Of a stretch of 64,000 bases of DNA, positions 48,241 to 62,090 are shown in pieces; position 1 is the stretch's first letter, and each line of letters opens with the position of its first letter. The notes below the pieces were generated by a model. The model did no database searches. It worked only from the letters and a program-made list of their open reading frames with translations, and was not told the DNA's origin. A program made the translations under genes and the position numbers. This DNA is from Mobula hypostoma (taxonomy: Eukaryota). The stretch lies in contig NC_086109.1 of assembly GCF_963921235.1 (NCBI RefSeq), positions 682,001 to 746,000 of the forward strand. Reading direction: 5' to 3'.

Positions 48241-51200
48241 ATAGAAACATAGAAACATAGAAAATAGGTGCAGGAGTAGGCCATTCGGCCCTTCGAGCCT
48301 GCACCGCCATTCAGTATGATCATGGCTGATCATCCAACTCTAAACCCTGTACTTGCCTTCTCTCCATACCCCCAATCCCTTTAGCCACAAGAGCCATATC
48401 TAACTCCCTCTTAAATATAGCCAATGAACAGGCCTCAACTGTTTCCTGTGGCAGAGAATTCCACAGATTCACCACTCTCTGTGTGAAGAAGTTTTTCCTA
48501 ATCTCAGTCCTAAAAGGTTTCCCCTTTATCCTCAAACTGTGGCCCCCCATTCTGGACTTCCCCAACATCGGGAACAATCTTCCTGCATTTAGCCTGTCCA
48601 ATCCCTTTAGGGTTTTATACGTTTCAATAAGATACTCCCTCAATCTTCTAAATTCCATCGAGTATAAGCCTAGTCGATCCAGTCTTTCATCATATGAAAG
48701 TCCTGCCATCCCAGGAATCAATCTGGTGAACCTTCTTTGTACTCCCTCTATGGCAAGAATGTCTTTCCTCAGATTAGGGGACCAAAACTGCACACAATAC
48801 TCCAGGTGTGGTCTCACCAAGGCCTTGTACAACTGCAGTAGTACCTCCCTGCTCCTGTACTCGAATCCTCTTGCTATGAATGCCAGCATACCATTCGCCT
48901 TTTTCACCACCTGCTGTACCTGCATGCCCGCTTTCAATGACTGGTGTATAATGACACCCAGATCTCATTGCACCTCCCCTTTTCCTAATCGGCCACCATT
49001 CAGATAATAACTGTTTTCCTGTTTTTGCCACCAAAGTGGATAACCTCACAGTTATCCACATTAAATTGCATCTGTCATGAATTTGCCCACTCACCTAACC
49101 TATCCAAGTCACCCTGCATCCTCTTAGCATCCTCCTCACAGGTAACACTGCCACCCAGCTTCGTGTCATCCGCAAACTTGGAGATGCTGCATTTAATTCC
49201 CTTGTCTAAATCATTAATATATATTGTAGACAACTGGGGTCCCAGCACTGAGCCTTGCGGTACCCCACTAGTCACTGCCTGCCATTCTGAAAAGATCCCG
49301 TTTATTCCCACTCTTTGCTTTCCAATTCTCCATTCACATCAATACTATACTCCTAATACCGTGTGCTTTAAGTTTGCACACTAATCTCCTGTGTGGGACC
49401 TTGTCAAAAACCTTTTGAAAATCCAAATATACCACATCCACTGGTTCTCCCCTATCCACTCTACTAGTTACATCCTCAAAAAATTCTATGAGATTCGTCA
49501 GATATGATTTTCCTTTCACAAATCCATGCTGACTTTGTCCGATGATTTCACCGCTTTCCAAATGTGCTGTTATCACATCTTTGATAACTGACTCTAGCAT
49601 TTTCCCCACCACCGATGTTAGGCTAATTGGTCTATAATTCCCTGGTTTCTCTCTCCCTGCTTTTTTAAAAAGTGGGATTACATTAGCCACCCTCCAATCC
49701 TCAGGAACTAGTCCAGAATCTAAAGAGTTTTGAAAAATTATCACTAATGCATCCATTACATCTTGGGCTACTTCCTTAAGCACTCTGGGATGCAGACCAT
49801 CTAGCCCTGGGGATTTATCTGCCTTTAATCCCTTCAATTTACCTAACACCACTTCCCTACTAATATGTATTTCCCTCAGTTCCTCCATTTTACTACACCC
49901 TCTGTCCCCTATTATTTCCGGAAGATTATTTATGCCCTCCTTAGTGAAGACAGAACCAAAGTAGTTATTCAATTGGTCTGCCATGTCCTTGTTCCCCATA
50001 ATCAATTCACCTGTTTCTGTCTGTAAGGGACCTACATTTGTCTTAACCAATCTTTTTCTTTTCACATATCTATAAAAGCTTTTACAGTCAGTTTTTATGT
50101 TCCCTGCCAGTTTTCTCTCATAATCTCTTTTCCCTTTCCTAATTAAGCCCTTTATCCTCCTCTGCTGGACTCTGAATTTCTCCCAGTCCTCAGGTGAGCC
50201 ACTTTTTCCGGCTAATTTGTATGTTTCTTCTTTGGAATTGATACTATCCCTAATTTCTCTTGTCAGCCACGGATGCACTACCTTCCCTGCTTTATTCTTT
50301 TGCCAGACTGGGATGAACAATTGTTGTAGTTCATCCATGTGATCTTTAAATGCTTGCCATTGCATATCCACTGTCAACCCTTTAAGTATCAATTGCCAGT
50401 CTATCTTAGCTAATTCACGTCTCATACCTTCAAAGTTACCTTCTTTAAGTTCAGAACCTTTGTTTCTGAATTAACTATGTCAATTGCTATCTTAATGAAG
50501 AATTCCACCATATTATGGTCACTCTTACCCAAGGGGCCTCTCACGACAAGCTTACTAATTAACCCTTCCTCATTGTTCAATACCCAGTCTAGAATGGCCT
50601 GCTCTCCAGTTGGTTCCTCGACATGTTGGTTCAAAAAATCATCCCACATACATTCCAAGAATCCTCTTCCTCAGCACCCTTACCAATTTGGTTCACCCAA
50701 TCTACATGTAGATTGAAGTCACCCATTATAACTGCTGTTCCTTTATTGCACACATTTCTAATTTCCTGTTTAATACCATCCCCAACCTCACTACTACTGT
50801 TAGGTGGCCTGTACACAACTCCCACCAGCGTTATCTACCCCTTAGTATTATGCAGCTCTACCCATATCGATTCCACATCCTCCCGGCTAATGTCCTTCCT
50901 TTCTATTGCGTTAATCTCCTCGCTAACCAGCAATGCTACCCCACCTCCTTTTCTTTCATGTCTATCCCTCCTGAATATTGAATATCCCTGAATGTTGATC
51001 TCCCATCCCTGGTCACCCTGGGGCCATGTCTCTGTGATCCCAACTATATCATATTCATTAATAACAATCTGCACTTTTAATTCATCCACCTTGTTACGAA
51101 TGCTCCTTGCATTGACACACAAAGCCTTTAGGCTCACTTTTACAGCACCCTTAGCCCTTATACAATTATGTTGAAAAGTGGCCCTTTTTGATTTTTGCCC

Positions 51201-52440
51201 TGGATTTGCCGGCCTGCCACTTTTACTTTTCACCTTACTACTTTTTGCTTCTGCCCTCACTTTACACCCGTCTGTCTCTCTGCACTTGTTCCCATCCCCC
51301 TGTTGTGAACTAACCTCCTCTCTTCTGGTCTCTTTAATTTGATTCCCACCCCCCAACCATTCTAGTTTAAAGTCACCTCAGTAGCCCTCGCAAATCTCCC
51401 TGCCAGGATATTGGTTCCCCTAGGATTCAAGTGTAACCCGTCCTTTTTGTACAGGTCACACCTGCGCCAAAAGAGTTCCCAATGATCCAAAAACTTGAAT
51501 CCCCGCCCCCTGCTCCAATCCCTCAGCCACGCATTTATCCTCCACCTGATTGCATTCCTACTCTCACTGTCGCGTAGCACAGGCAATAATTCCAAGATTA
51601 CTACCTTTGCAGTTCTTTTTCTCAACTCCCTTCCTAACTCCCTATATTCTCCTTTCAGGACTCCTTCCCTTTTCCTACCTATATCATTGGTACCTATATG
51701 TACCACGACCTCTGGCTCCTCACCCTCCCACTTCAGGATATCTTGGACGCGATCAGAAATATCCCGGACCCTGGCACCAGGTAGGCAAACTACTATCCGG
51801 GTCTCTGGACTGCGTCCACAAAATCACCTATCTGACCCCCTTACTATCGAGTCCCCTATTACTACTGCCCTCCTCTTCCTTTCCTTACCCTTCTGAACTA
51901 CAGGGCTGGACTCTGTGCCGGAGGCACAGCCACTGTCGCTCCCCCCAGGTAAGCTGTCCCCCCCAACAGTACTCAAACAGGAGTACCTATTGTCAAGGGG
52001 CACAGCCACCGGGGTACTCTCTATTACCTGACCCTTCCCCTTCCCCCTCCTAACCGTGACCCACTTGTCTGCCTCCCGTGGCCCCGGTGTGACCACCTGC
52101 CTGTAACTCCTCTCTATCAACTCCTCACTCTCCCTGACCAGACAAAGGTCATCGAGCTGCAGCTCCAGTTCCCTAACGCGGTCCCTTAGGAGCTGCATCT
52201 CGGCGCACCTGGCGCAGATGTGGACGTCCGGGAGGCTTGGAGATGCCAGGACCTCCCACATCTGGCACTGAGAACAACAAACTGCCCTCACATTCATACT
52301 GCCCCTCTCCTGAAATAACAACAAAAAATGAATACCAAACCTTCCTCGCCTCACCCGTTTCCGCCTAAGCCCATTGAGCCAAAGCCCTTAAGCCTTCACT
52401 CTGCTCCCGGCTCACTCCGCAGCCCGCAAACTACGCTGCC
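48241..52440 (-). mobile_element. Near full-length young CR1 LINE (family A), ~4.2 kb, inactivated
   Basis: ORF1: CSQCQMW..CARC zinc finger, coiled coil, IGDS/HIGTND/DGLH SGNH esterase (51362-52354). ORF2: APE (NARS..ITETW..YRPP..GDFN..SDH) and RT (48320-51356) with a few frameshifts and stops. TTTCTATG-type tail. Confidence 0.93.
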
Positions 52441-52599
52441 CTTGTCTCCTTGTAACTCAGGCCTGAAAGTCCAGGTAACATCCTGATAAATCCTTATAGA
52501 CATGGACGGCTCAACCAGAAGATTAAGATGCAATGGGTCCACAGGGACATGCTCATTTGGATTCAGAATTAACTTGCCCACAGAAGGCAAACGGTAGTC

Positions 52600-54950
52600 C
52601 ATAAGACCATGACCATAAAACAGAGGAGCAGAATTAGACAATCTGCCCCATCGAGTCTGCTCTGCCATTCAATCATGGCTGATCCGTTTTTTTCTTCCTG
52701 CTTAACCCCAGTTCCCGGCCTTCTCCCCGTAACCTTTGATGCCATGTCCAATCAAGAACCTATCAATCTCTGCCTTAAATATACCCAATGACGTGGCCTC
52801 CACAGCTGTATGTAGCAACATACTCTAAAAATTCACCACCTTTTGGCTAAAGAAATTTCTCCACATCTCTGTTTTGAAAGGGCACCCCTCTATCCTGAGA
52901 CTGTGCCCTCTTGTCCTGGACTCTCCCACCTTGGAGATCCTTTCCACATCTACTCTGTCTATGCCTTTCAACATTCGAAAGTTTTCAATGAGATCCCCCC
53001 TCATCTTTCTGAATTCCAGCGAGTATAGACCCAGAGCCATCAAATGTTCCTCTTATGATAACCTTCCATTCCTGGAATCATCCTTGTGAACCTCCTCTGC
53101 CAGCACATCTTTTCTAAGATGAGGAGCCCAAAGCTGTTCACAATACTCCAGGTGAGGCCTCACCAGTACCTTATAAGCCTCAGCATCACATCCTTGTATT
53201 CTAAACCTCTTGTATTCTAGTCATTGATGAGACTTATTCTGCCTGGAGGTCTGTGACTAATGGTTTTAGAACTTAGAATTTAGAAAACCTACAGCACAAT
53301 ATAGGCCCTTTGGCTGTGCCAAACATGTACTTACTTTAGAAATTACCTCGGGTTACCTATAGCTCTCTATTTTCCTAAGCTCTATGTACCTATCCAGGAG
53401 TTTCTTAAACCCTATTGGATCCGCCTCCACCACCGTCGCTGGCAGCCCATTCCACGCACTCACCACTCTGCGTAAAAAACTTACCCCTGTCATCTCCTCT
53501 GTACCTGCTTCCAAGCACCTTAAAACTGTGTCCTCTCGTGTTAGCCATTTCAGTTCTGGGAAAAAGCCTATGACTATCCACACAATCAATGCCTCTCATC
53601 ATCTTATACACCTTTATCAGGTGTTTTGCAGGTATCCATACTGCAATTTCTGTTGTTTGTGACAAATATAAATGACCTGGATAAAAAATTGGCTGGCTGG
53701 GTTAGTATGTTTAAAGGCATTACAAAGACGTAGTGTTTTGGATAGTGTAGATTGCAAAAGGATAGAGTGGGATATAGATCAGTTACAGATATGGGCAGAG
53801 AAATGGCAGATAGAGTGTAACCTGGCCGTATGTGAGATGCTGCACTTTGGGAGATCAAATGCAAAGGGACAGTACACAGTTAATGACAGGATTCTTGTAC
53901 AGAGTGATCTTGGGGTCCGTCCATAGGCTCATGAAAATAGCTGTACAGGATGATCAGGTAATAAAGAAGGGTGTGGCATACTTTCTTTTATTAGGCAAGA
54001 GACTGATTTTAAGTGTCAGGAAGTTATGCTGAGGCTTTCTAAAACTATCGTTAGACCACATCCAGAATCTTGTTTTCAATAGTGATTGCGCTATCTGGAA
54101 GGATGTGAGGTCTTTGGAAAGTGCACAGAGGAGGTTTGCCAAGATGCTTCCTGGATTAGAGGGCATGTGGTATAGGTGAGGTTGGGTGAACTTGAGTTAT
54201 TTTCTCCAGTGTTGGAGGCTGATCTAAGACCTGATAGAAGTTTATAAGGTTATGAGTGGCATAGATAGGATAGACAGTTAGTATCTTTTTCTCAGCTTTC
54301 AAATGTTTAACACCAGAGGGCATGCACTTAAGTTGAGAGAAGTTAATTTGAAAATGGAATTGCACCTGGAACAGGGTACTCAGAATGTACTTTGGTGATG
54401 GGGGCATTTACGATAGTGGCATTCAAGAGGCTTTTAGAAGTTCATCAGAATGGAGGGATATAGGCATGGTGTAGGCAGAAGAGATTAGTTTAGTTAGGCA
54501 TGTAATTACTAGTTTAATGAGTCTGGCATAACATGGTGAACCAAAGGGCCTGTTTCCTGTGCTGTACCATTCTTTATTCTGTATTCTATGGAACCAAGGG
54601 GATTGATGAGGACAAGGCTGCGGATATTGTCTATATAGTCTTTATCATTGCCCACATGGATGAATAGTCTGGGTGTTTGGATCACATGGGATCTAGGGAG
54701 AGCTAGCTAAGAGGATTATTAATTATCTCAATGGTAGAAAGCAGAATGTGATGGTGGAAAGTATTTCTCAGACTGGAGTTGTCTGACTAATTGTGGCCAC
54801 AGGGCTGCAAATTGAAACATTTGTTGTTTGCTATTTTTATAAACAACTTTGAGGGGAATGTATAAGGCATAGTTAAGTCTGTGAATGACACCAAATGAGA
54901 TGGTATAGTAGGCAGTGCAGACAGTCAGGAAAAATTACTGGGCGATCTCT
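52600..54950. mobile_element. CR1 fragments (families B and C minus, older copies plus)
   Basis: ORFs 52825-53043, 53353-53665 and 53672-53926 carry CR1 ORF2 C-terminal motifs. Confidence 0.7.
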
Positions 54951-55197
54951 GAGCTATAAGATCATCTACCTAATTCGTTAGACTGCATGCTTTCAAATAT
55001 AACACCAGCAGTCTTGTATTTATCACCCTTTTATATTTTAACCCCCATATTACACTTCAATTCATCCCAGTGACTGCAATTTCACCCAATCATCTGCCTA
55101 TCTTTCCTTGTATATTAATTGCCTTATCACTCTTGTTCCTACACCCTGCCAAATTTGTTTAACCCCTCCCCAACTGCTCTAGCAAATCTGCCTGCAA

Positions 55198-56154
55198 GGA
55201 ATTAAATGCAGCATCTCCAAGTTTGCGGATGACACGAAGCTGGGTGGCAGTGTTAGCAGTGAGGAGGATGCTAAGAGGATGCAGGGTGACTTGGATAGGT
55301 TGGGTGAGTGGGCAAACTCATGGCAGATGCAATTTAATGTGGATAAATGTGAAGCTATCCACTTTGGTGGCAAAAATAGGAAAACAGATTATTATCTGAA
55401 TGGTGGCCGATTAGGAAAAGGGGAGGTGCAACGAGACCTGGGTGTCATTATACACCAGTCATTGAAAGTGGGCATGCAGGTACAGCAGGCGGTGAAAAAG
55501 GCGAACGGTATGCTGGCATTTATAGCGAGAGGATTCGAGTACAGGAGCAGGGAGGTACTACTGCAGTTGTACAAGGCCTTGGTGAGACCACACCTGGAGT
55601 ATTGTGTGCAGTTTTGGTCCCCTAATCTGAGGAAAGACATCTTTGCCATAGAGGGAGTACAAAGAAGGTTCACCAGATTGATTCCTGGGATGGCAGGTCT
55701 TTCATATGAAGAAAGACTGGATGAACTGGGCTTGTACTCGTTGGAATTTAGAAGATTGAGGGGGGATCTGATTGAAACGTATAAGATCCTAAAGGGATTG
55801 GACAGGCTAGATGCGGGAAGATTGTTCCCGATGTTGGGGAGGTCTAGAACGAGGGGTCACAGTTTGAGGATAGAGGGGAAGCCTTTTAGGACCGAGGTTA
55901 GGAAAAACTTCTTCACACAGAGAGTGGTGAATCTGTGGAATTCTCTGCCACAGCAAACTGTTGAGGACAGTTCATTAGCTATGTTTAAAAGGAAGTTAGA
56001 TATGGCCCTTGTGGCTACAGGGGTCAGGGGGTATGGAGGGAAGGCTGGGTTCTGAGTTGGATGATCAGCCATGATCATAATAAATGGCGGTGCAGGCTCG
56101 AAGGGCCGAATGGCCTACTCCTGCACCTATTTTCTATGTTTCTATGTTTCTATG
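55198..56154 (+). mobile_element. Young 5'-truncated CR1 (family A) inserted in the ORF1 region of an older minus-strand CR1
   Basis: Uninterrupted ORF 55279-56055; TTTCTATG tail; host reads CCTGCAAGGA/GATATTGGTCCC across the junction. Confidence 0.92.
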
Positions 56155-58499
56155 ATATTGGTCCCCCTTTATCTGGTGTAACCTATCCTTTTTTTACAGG
56201 ACATACCTTCCCTAGAAATCCCAATGACCCAGAAATCAGAAACCCTGCCATCTGCATAAATTCTTCCACCATGCATTCATCTGCCAAATCATCCTATTGT
56301 TACCATCACTGGCATGTAGCATAGGCAGTAATCCAGGGATTACTACCCTTAAAGTCCTGCTCTTCAGTTAACTACCCAACTCTCCATATTCTTTCTTCTG
56401 GACCTCATCCCTTTACCTACCTATGTTGTTGGTACCAATATGTATCATGATTTCCAGCTGTTCATTCTTCCCCTTTAGAGTACTGGCCAAGGCTTTCCTA
56501 GTCCTCACCCTGGGAAGCAACATACCATCTGGGTGTCTATTCAATGTCCACAAGCTCACCCATTTGCTCCTCTAACAATGCAATCCCCTGCCACTACTCC
56601 ATTCCACTTTACCCCATTTCTCTTCTGAGCCACAGAGACAAGCTCAGTGCCAAAGGTGCTTTCACTGCATCTTGGAAAATGATGGTTAATTTGCATAAGT
56701 GCAAGCTGCTGCATTTTGAGACAATAAACTTGGACTACTGTGAACAGTTTTGCACCCCTTATCTTAGAAAGGATGTGCTGAAACTGGAGAGGGTTCAAGG
56801 GAGGTTCACGAAAATGATTCCAGGATTGAATGGCTTGTCATATGAAGAGAGTTTGATTGCTCTAGGCCTGTAGTCACTGGAATTCAGAAGAATGAGGGGC
56901 GACCTCAATAAAACCTGTTGAATGGTAAAAGGCCTTGATAGAGTGGATGTGGAGAGAATGTTTCCTATGGCGGGAGAGTCTAAAACCAGCATACACAGCC
57001 TCAGAATTGAAGAGTGTCCTTTCAGAATAGAGATGAGGAAGAATTCCTTTAGCCAGAGAGTGTTGAATCTTTTCCTTCTCCACCACATTCTCCTGCCTTC
57101 TCACTATAACCTTTAACACCCTTACTAATCAAGAACCCATCAACCTTCCTTTTGAACATACCCAATGACTTGGCCTCTACAGCCATCCGTAGTAATGAAT
57201 TTCGCAGATTCACCACCTTCTGGCTATAGAAATTCCTCCTCATTGTTGGCACAACATTGAGAACCTGTCCTGTGCTGTTCTATTTCTGTCCTTAAGGGAT
57301 GTCCTTTTTAATTTGATTCTGTTCTCTTGTATCCTAGACTGGCCCGTTACTTGAAACATCCACTCCAAGTACACATTATTCAGGTCTTTCTAATGTATTA
57401 TTGGGAGATTTTCATTTCCCTGGTATTGACTGGATCACTCAGAGTGTTAAGGGCCTGGAATTAGTAAAATGTGTCAACAAAAGTTCCTGAGTTGATATGC
57501 AAAAGGCTCTACTCGAGAGGGTACAATGCACTTAGGGGAAGAAGCAGGGCGGGTACATGAACTGGCAGTCAAGGGAACACTTTAACTCTTGTGAACATCA
57601 CTTTATTAGTTTTAATATAGTGATAGAAAAGGATAAGATACTGTATATTAAGAGTGAAGAGTGGCTAGGGAGAGAGTCGGCCCACTTAGAGATCAACAGG
57701 GCTGCCTATGTCTTGAGTCACAAGAAATGGACAGGATTTTTAATATTTCTCCGCAGTATACACTGGGGAGAAAAACGTGGTTCTGAAAAGATAAGGGAAT
57801 CAAGGGAGATATTTTGAAGAATATTCATATTATCAGCGATGAGGTATATACAGCCTTACAGAGCATTAAGGTGGATAAATGTCCAAGTCTGAAGAGTGCT
57901 TAGAGGTTAGAGAAGAAATTGCAAAGGTCCTTGAAGTGAAATTTGCTTCGTTAGCCACAGGTGAGGCTCCCAAAGTCTGAAAGTTGGCTAACATAGCTCC
58001 AACGTATAAGGAGGATAGAGGATAACAAAGATAGAGATCTACAGGCTTGTCAGTCTAACATCAGTAGCAAGCAAATCACTGCAAGGAATTCTGAGGGACA
58101 GGATTTACCTGCATTTGGATAGAGTCTGATTAGGAGGAGTAAGCGTAATTTTGTGTTTGATTAATCTTTTAGAGTTTTTGAAGAGGTAACTAAGTAAGTA
58201 GATGAGGTTAAGACAGTGGATGCTTTCTGATTGTAACTCAGCAAGGTCTTAAACAATGTCCCAAGCCAGTGGGAAGATTAGGTCTCATGGAATTCGGAAG
58301 AGCTAGTTAGGTGGATTAAAACTTGGCTTGGAGATAGGAAACAGAGAGTGGAAGTAGTCTCTCAGAGTGGAGGCAGGAGACTAGTGGTGTGCCGCAGGGA
58401 TCAATGTTGGGATATATGTAATTTATTATTTATAGAAACAACACACATCAAAGTTGCTGGTGAACGCAGCAGGCCAGGCAGCATCTCTAGGAAGAGGTA

Positions 58500-58537
58500 C
58501 AGTCGACGTTTCAGGCCGAGACCCTTCGTCAGGACTA
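58500..58537 (-). ncRNA. Minimal type-I hammerhead ribozyme motif, core intact
   Basis: Minus strand TAGTC-CTGACGA-AGGGTCTCGGCCT-GAAAC-GTC-GACTG. Confidence 0.75.
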
Positions 58538-58831
58538 ACTGAAGGAAGAGTGAGTAAGAGATTTGAAAGTGGGAGGGGGAGGGGGAGATCCAAAATGATA
58601 GGAGACAACAGGAGGGGGAGGGATGGAGCCAAGAGCTGGACAGGTGATTGGCAAAAGGGATATGAGAGGATCATGGGACAGGAGGCCCAGGGAGAAAGGC
58701 AAGCGGGGGGGGGGAACCAGAGGATGGGCAAGGGGTATAATCAGAGGGACAGAGGGAGAAAAAGGAGAGTGAGAGAAAGAATGTGTGTGTAAAAATAAAT
58801 AACGGATGGGGTACGAGGGGGAGGTGGGGCA

Positions 58832-59158
58832 CTAGCGGAAGTTAGAGAAGTCAGTGTTCATGCCATCAGGTTGGAGGCTACCCAGATGGAATATAAGGTG
58901 TTGTTCCTCCAACTTGAGCATGGCTTCATCTTTACAGTAGAGGAGGCCGTGGATAGACATGTCAGAATGGAAATGGGATGTGGAATTAAAATGTGTGACC
59001 ACTGGGAGATCCTGCTTTCTCTGGCGGACAGAGCGTAGGTGTTCAGCAAAATGATCTCCCAGTCTGCGTTGGGTCTCGCCAATATATAGAAGGCCACATC
59101 GGGAGCACCGGACGCAGTATATCACCCCAGCCGACTCACAGGTGAAGTGTCGCCTCAC
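58832..59158 (-). pseudogene. GIY-YIG endonuclease domain of a 5'-truncated Penelope-like element
   Basis: GVIYCVRCSRCGLLYIGETQRRLGDHFAEH...HF...H...EQHLIFHLGSLQPDGMN: GIY..YIG with an intervening CxxC and a terminal G-M-N, typical of PLE endonucleases. No RT domain recognised. Confidence 0.85.
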
Positions 59159-59611
59159 CTGGAAGGACTGTCTGGGGCCCTGAATGGTAGCAAGGGAGGA
59201 AGTGTAAGGGCATGTGTATCACTTGGTCCGCTTACAAGGATAAGTGCCAGGAGGGAGATCAGTGGGGAGGGATAGGGGGGACGAATGGACAAGGGAGTTG
59301 CATAGGGAGCGATCCCTGTGGAAAGCAGTGGGGGGAGGGAAAGATGTGCTTTGTGCCCCCCCATCCCTCCCCACTGATCTCCCTCCTGGCCCACTAAGCA
59401 CATCTTTCCCTCCGCCCCCCCCCGCCCGCTTTCCGCAGGGATCGCCTTGTCTTTCTCCCTGAGCCTCCTGTTCCATGATCCTCTCATATCCCCTTTGCCA
59501 ATCACCTGTCCAGCTCTTGGCTCCATCCCTCCCCGTCCTGTCTTCTCCTATCATTTTGGATCTCCCCCTCCCACTCCCACTTTCATATCTCTTACTATCT
59601 CTTCTTTCCGT

Positions 59612-59649
59612 TAGTCCTGACGAAGGGTCTCGGCCTGAAACGTCGACTG
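59612..59649 (+). ncRNA. Minimal type-I hammerhead ribozyme motif, core intact
   Basis: TAGTC-CTGACGA-AGGGTCTCGGCCT-GAAAC-GTC-GACTG; predicted cleavage after 59644. Confidence 0.75.
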
Positions 59650-62090
59650 TCCCTCTTCCTAGAGATGCTGCCTGGCCTGCTGCATCAACTTTGATGTGTG
59701 TTGCTTGAATTTCCAGCATCTGCAGAATTCCTGTTGTTGTCATTATTTATAGAAATGATTTGGATGCAAATGCACAAGGCTTGATCAGTAAGTTCAGTGA
59801 TGACACAAAATTAGGAGGTGTTGTTGATAGTAGAGAAGCCATACGTTGCAAAGAGGTTCTTTGATCATTGGGAAAGTGAGCAGAGGAGTGGCAAAATCAT
59901 TTCTGTACAGATAAGTGTGAGGTAACACATTCCAGAAAGTCAAAATTAAATTGACTTTATTTCTTACATCCTTCACAAACATGAGGAGTAAAAATCTTTA
60001 CATTACCGCTCCATCTAATTTATAATAAAAAGAAGAGTCAATGTAATATACAGTACATGCAAATCAATGTGAGTTCATCAGCCTGGTGGCCTGGTGGAAG
60101 AAGCTGTCCCAGAGCCTGTTGATCCTGGCTTTTACGCTGCTGTACCGCTTCCCGGATGGTAGCAGAGACATTCAGTATATAAGAGTGTTCGGGCATGAGA
60201 GAGTATAATGGGACAAATGCAAAGATGATTGAAACTGGCATTATACTGTAGGTAAACCGGGTAGTGAAAAGGGCATTTAGCAAACTCAAGTAGTTGGGAC
60301 ATTATGTTACAGTTGCATAACATAGAAAACCTACAGCACAATACAGGCGCTTCGGTCCACAATGCTGGGCTGAACATATACTTACTTTAGAAATTACCTA
60401 GGGTTACCCATAGCCCTCTATTTTTCTAAGCTCCATGTACCTGTCCAGGAGTCTCTGAAAAGACCCTATCATTTCCGCCTCCACCACTGTCGCTGGCAGC
60501 CCATTCCACCCGCTCACCACTCTCTGCGTAAAAAACTTACCCTAGTCATCTCCTCTGTACCTACTTCCAAGCAACTTAAAACTGTGCCCTCTCGTGTTAG
60601 CCATTTCAGCCCTGGGAAAAAACCTCTGACTATGCACTTCATCACTGCCTCTCATCATCTTATACACCTCTATTAGGTCACCTCTCATCCTCCGCTGCTC
60701 CAAGGAGAAAAGGCTGAGTTCACTCAACCTGTTTTCATAAGGCATGCTCCCCAATCCAGGCAACATTCTTGTAGATCTCCTCTGCACACTTTCTATAGTT
60801 TCCACATCCTTCCTGTAGTGAGGTGACCAGAAAAGAGCACAGTACTCCAAGTGGGGTCTGACCAGTGTCCTATATAGCTGTAACATTACCTCTCGGATCT
60901 AAAACTCCATCCCACAGTTGATGAAGGCCAATGCACCGTATGCCTTCTATAACCACAGATTCAACCTGCGCAGCAGCTTTGAGTGTCCTTTGGACCCTAA
61001 GATCCCTCTGATCTTCCACACTGCCCAGAGTATTACAATTAATACTATAACCTACAATCATACTTGACCTACCAAAATGAACCACCTCATACTTATCTGG
61101 GTTGAAGTCCCTCTGCCACTTCTCAGCCCAGTTTTGCATCCTATCAATGTCCCGCAGTAACCTCTAACAGCCCTCCACACTATCCACAAAACCCCCAACC
61201 TTTGTGTCATCAGCAAATTTACTAACCCATCCTTCCACTTCCCTATCCAGGTAATTTATAAAAATCACGAAGAGAAGGGGTCCCAGAACAGATCCCTGAG
61301 GCACACTACTGGTCACTGACCTCCATGTAGAATATGTCCTGTCTACAACCACTCTTTGCCTTCTGTGGGCAAGCCAGTTCTGGATCCACAAAGCAAGGTC
61401 CCCTTGGATCCCATGCCTCCTTACTTTCTCAATAAGCCTTACATGGGGTACCTTGTCAAATGCTTTGCTGAAATCCATATACACTACATCTACTGCTCTA
61501 TCTTCATCAATGTGTTTAGTCACATCCTCAAAAAATTCGATCAGGCTCATGAGGCATAACCTGCCTTTGACAAAGCCATGCTGTCTATTCCTAATTATAT
61601 TGTACCTCTCCAAATGTTTATAAATCCTGCCTCTCAGGATCTTCTCCATCAACTTACCAGCCAATGTAGTAAGACTCACTGGTCTATCATTTCCTGGGCT
61701 AAATCTACTCTCTTTCTTGAATAAGGGAACAGCATCTGCAAACCTCCAAGCCTCTGGAACCTCTCCCATCCCCATTGATGATGCAAAGATCATTGCCAGA
61801 GGCTCAGCAATCTTCTCCCTTGCCTCCCACGGTAGCCTGGGCTACATCTCATCCGGTCCTGGAGACTTATCCAACTTGATGCTTTCCAAAAGCTCCAGCA
61901 GATCCTCTTTCTTAATTTCTATATGCTCAAGCTGTTCAATCCACTGTAACTCATCCCTACAATCTCCAAGATCCTTTTCCATAGTGAATACTGAAGCCAA
62001 GTATTCATTAAGTATCTCTGCTTTCTCCTCCGGTTCCATACACACTTTTCCACTGTCACACTTGATTGGTCCTACTCTCTAACGTCTTAT

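Larger units (their letters stand above)
58439..59741. mobile_element. Penelope-like element, inverted-arm insertion with 14-bp TSD
   Basis: TSD ATTATTTATAGAAA at 58425-58438 and 59742-59755. Long minus arm carries the GIY-YIG ORF; short plus arm ~59446-59741. Confidence 0.88.
56730..60320 (+). mobile_element. Old CR1 fragments (host of the second PLE) plus a Rex1-like 3' fragment at ~59940-60170
   Basis: LDYCEQFCTPYLRKDV in ORF 56544-56873; GVPQGS-like DNA at 58385 continuing to DDTK-like DNA at ~59800. Confidence 0.65.
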
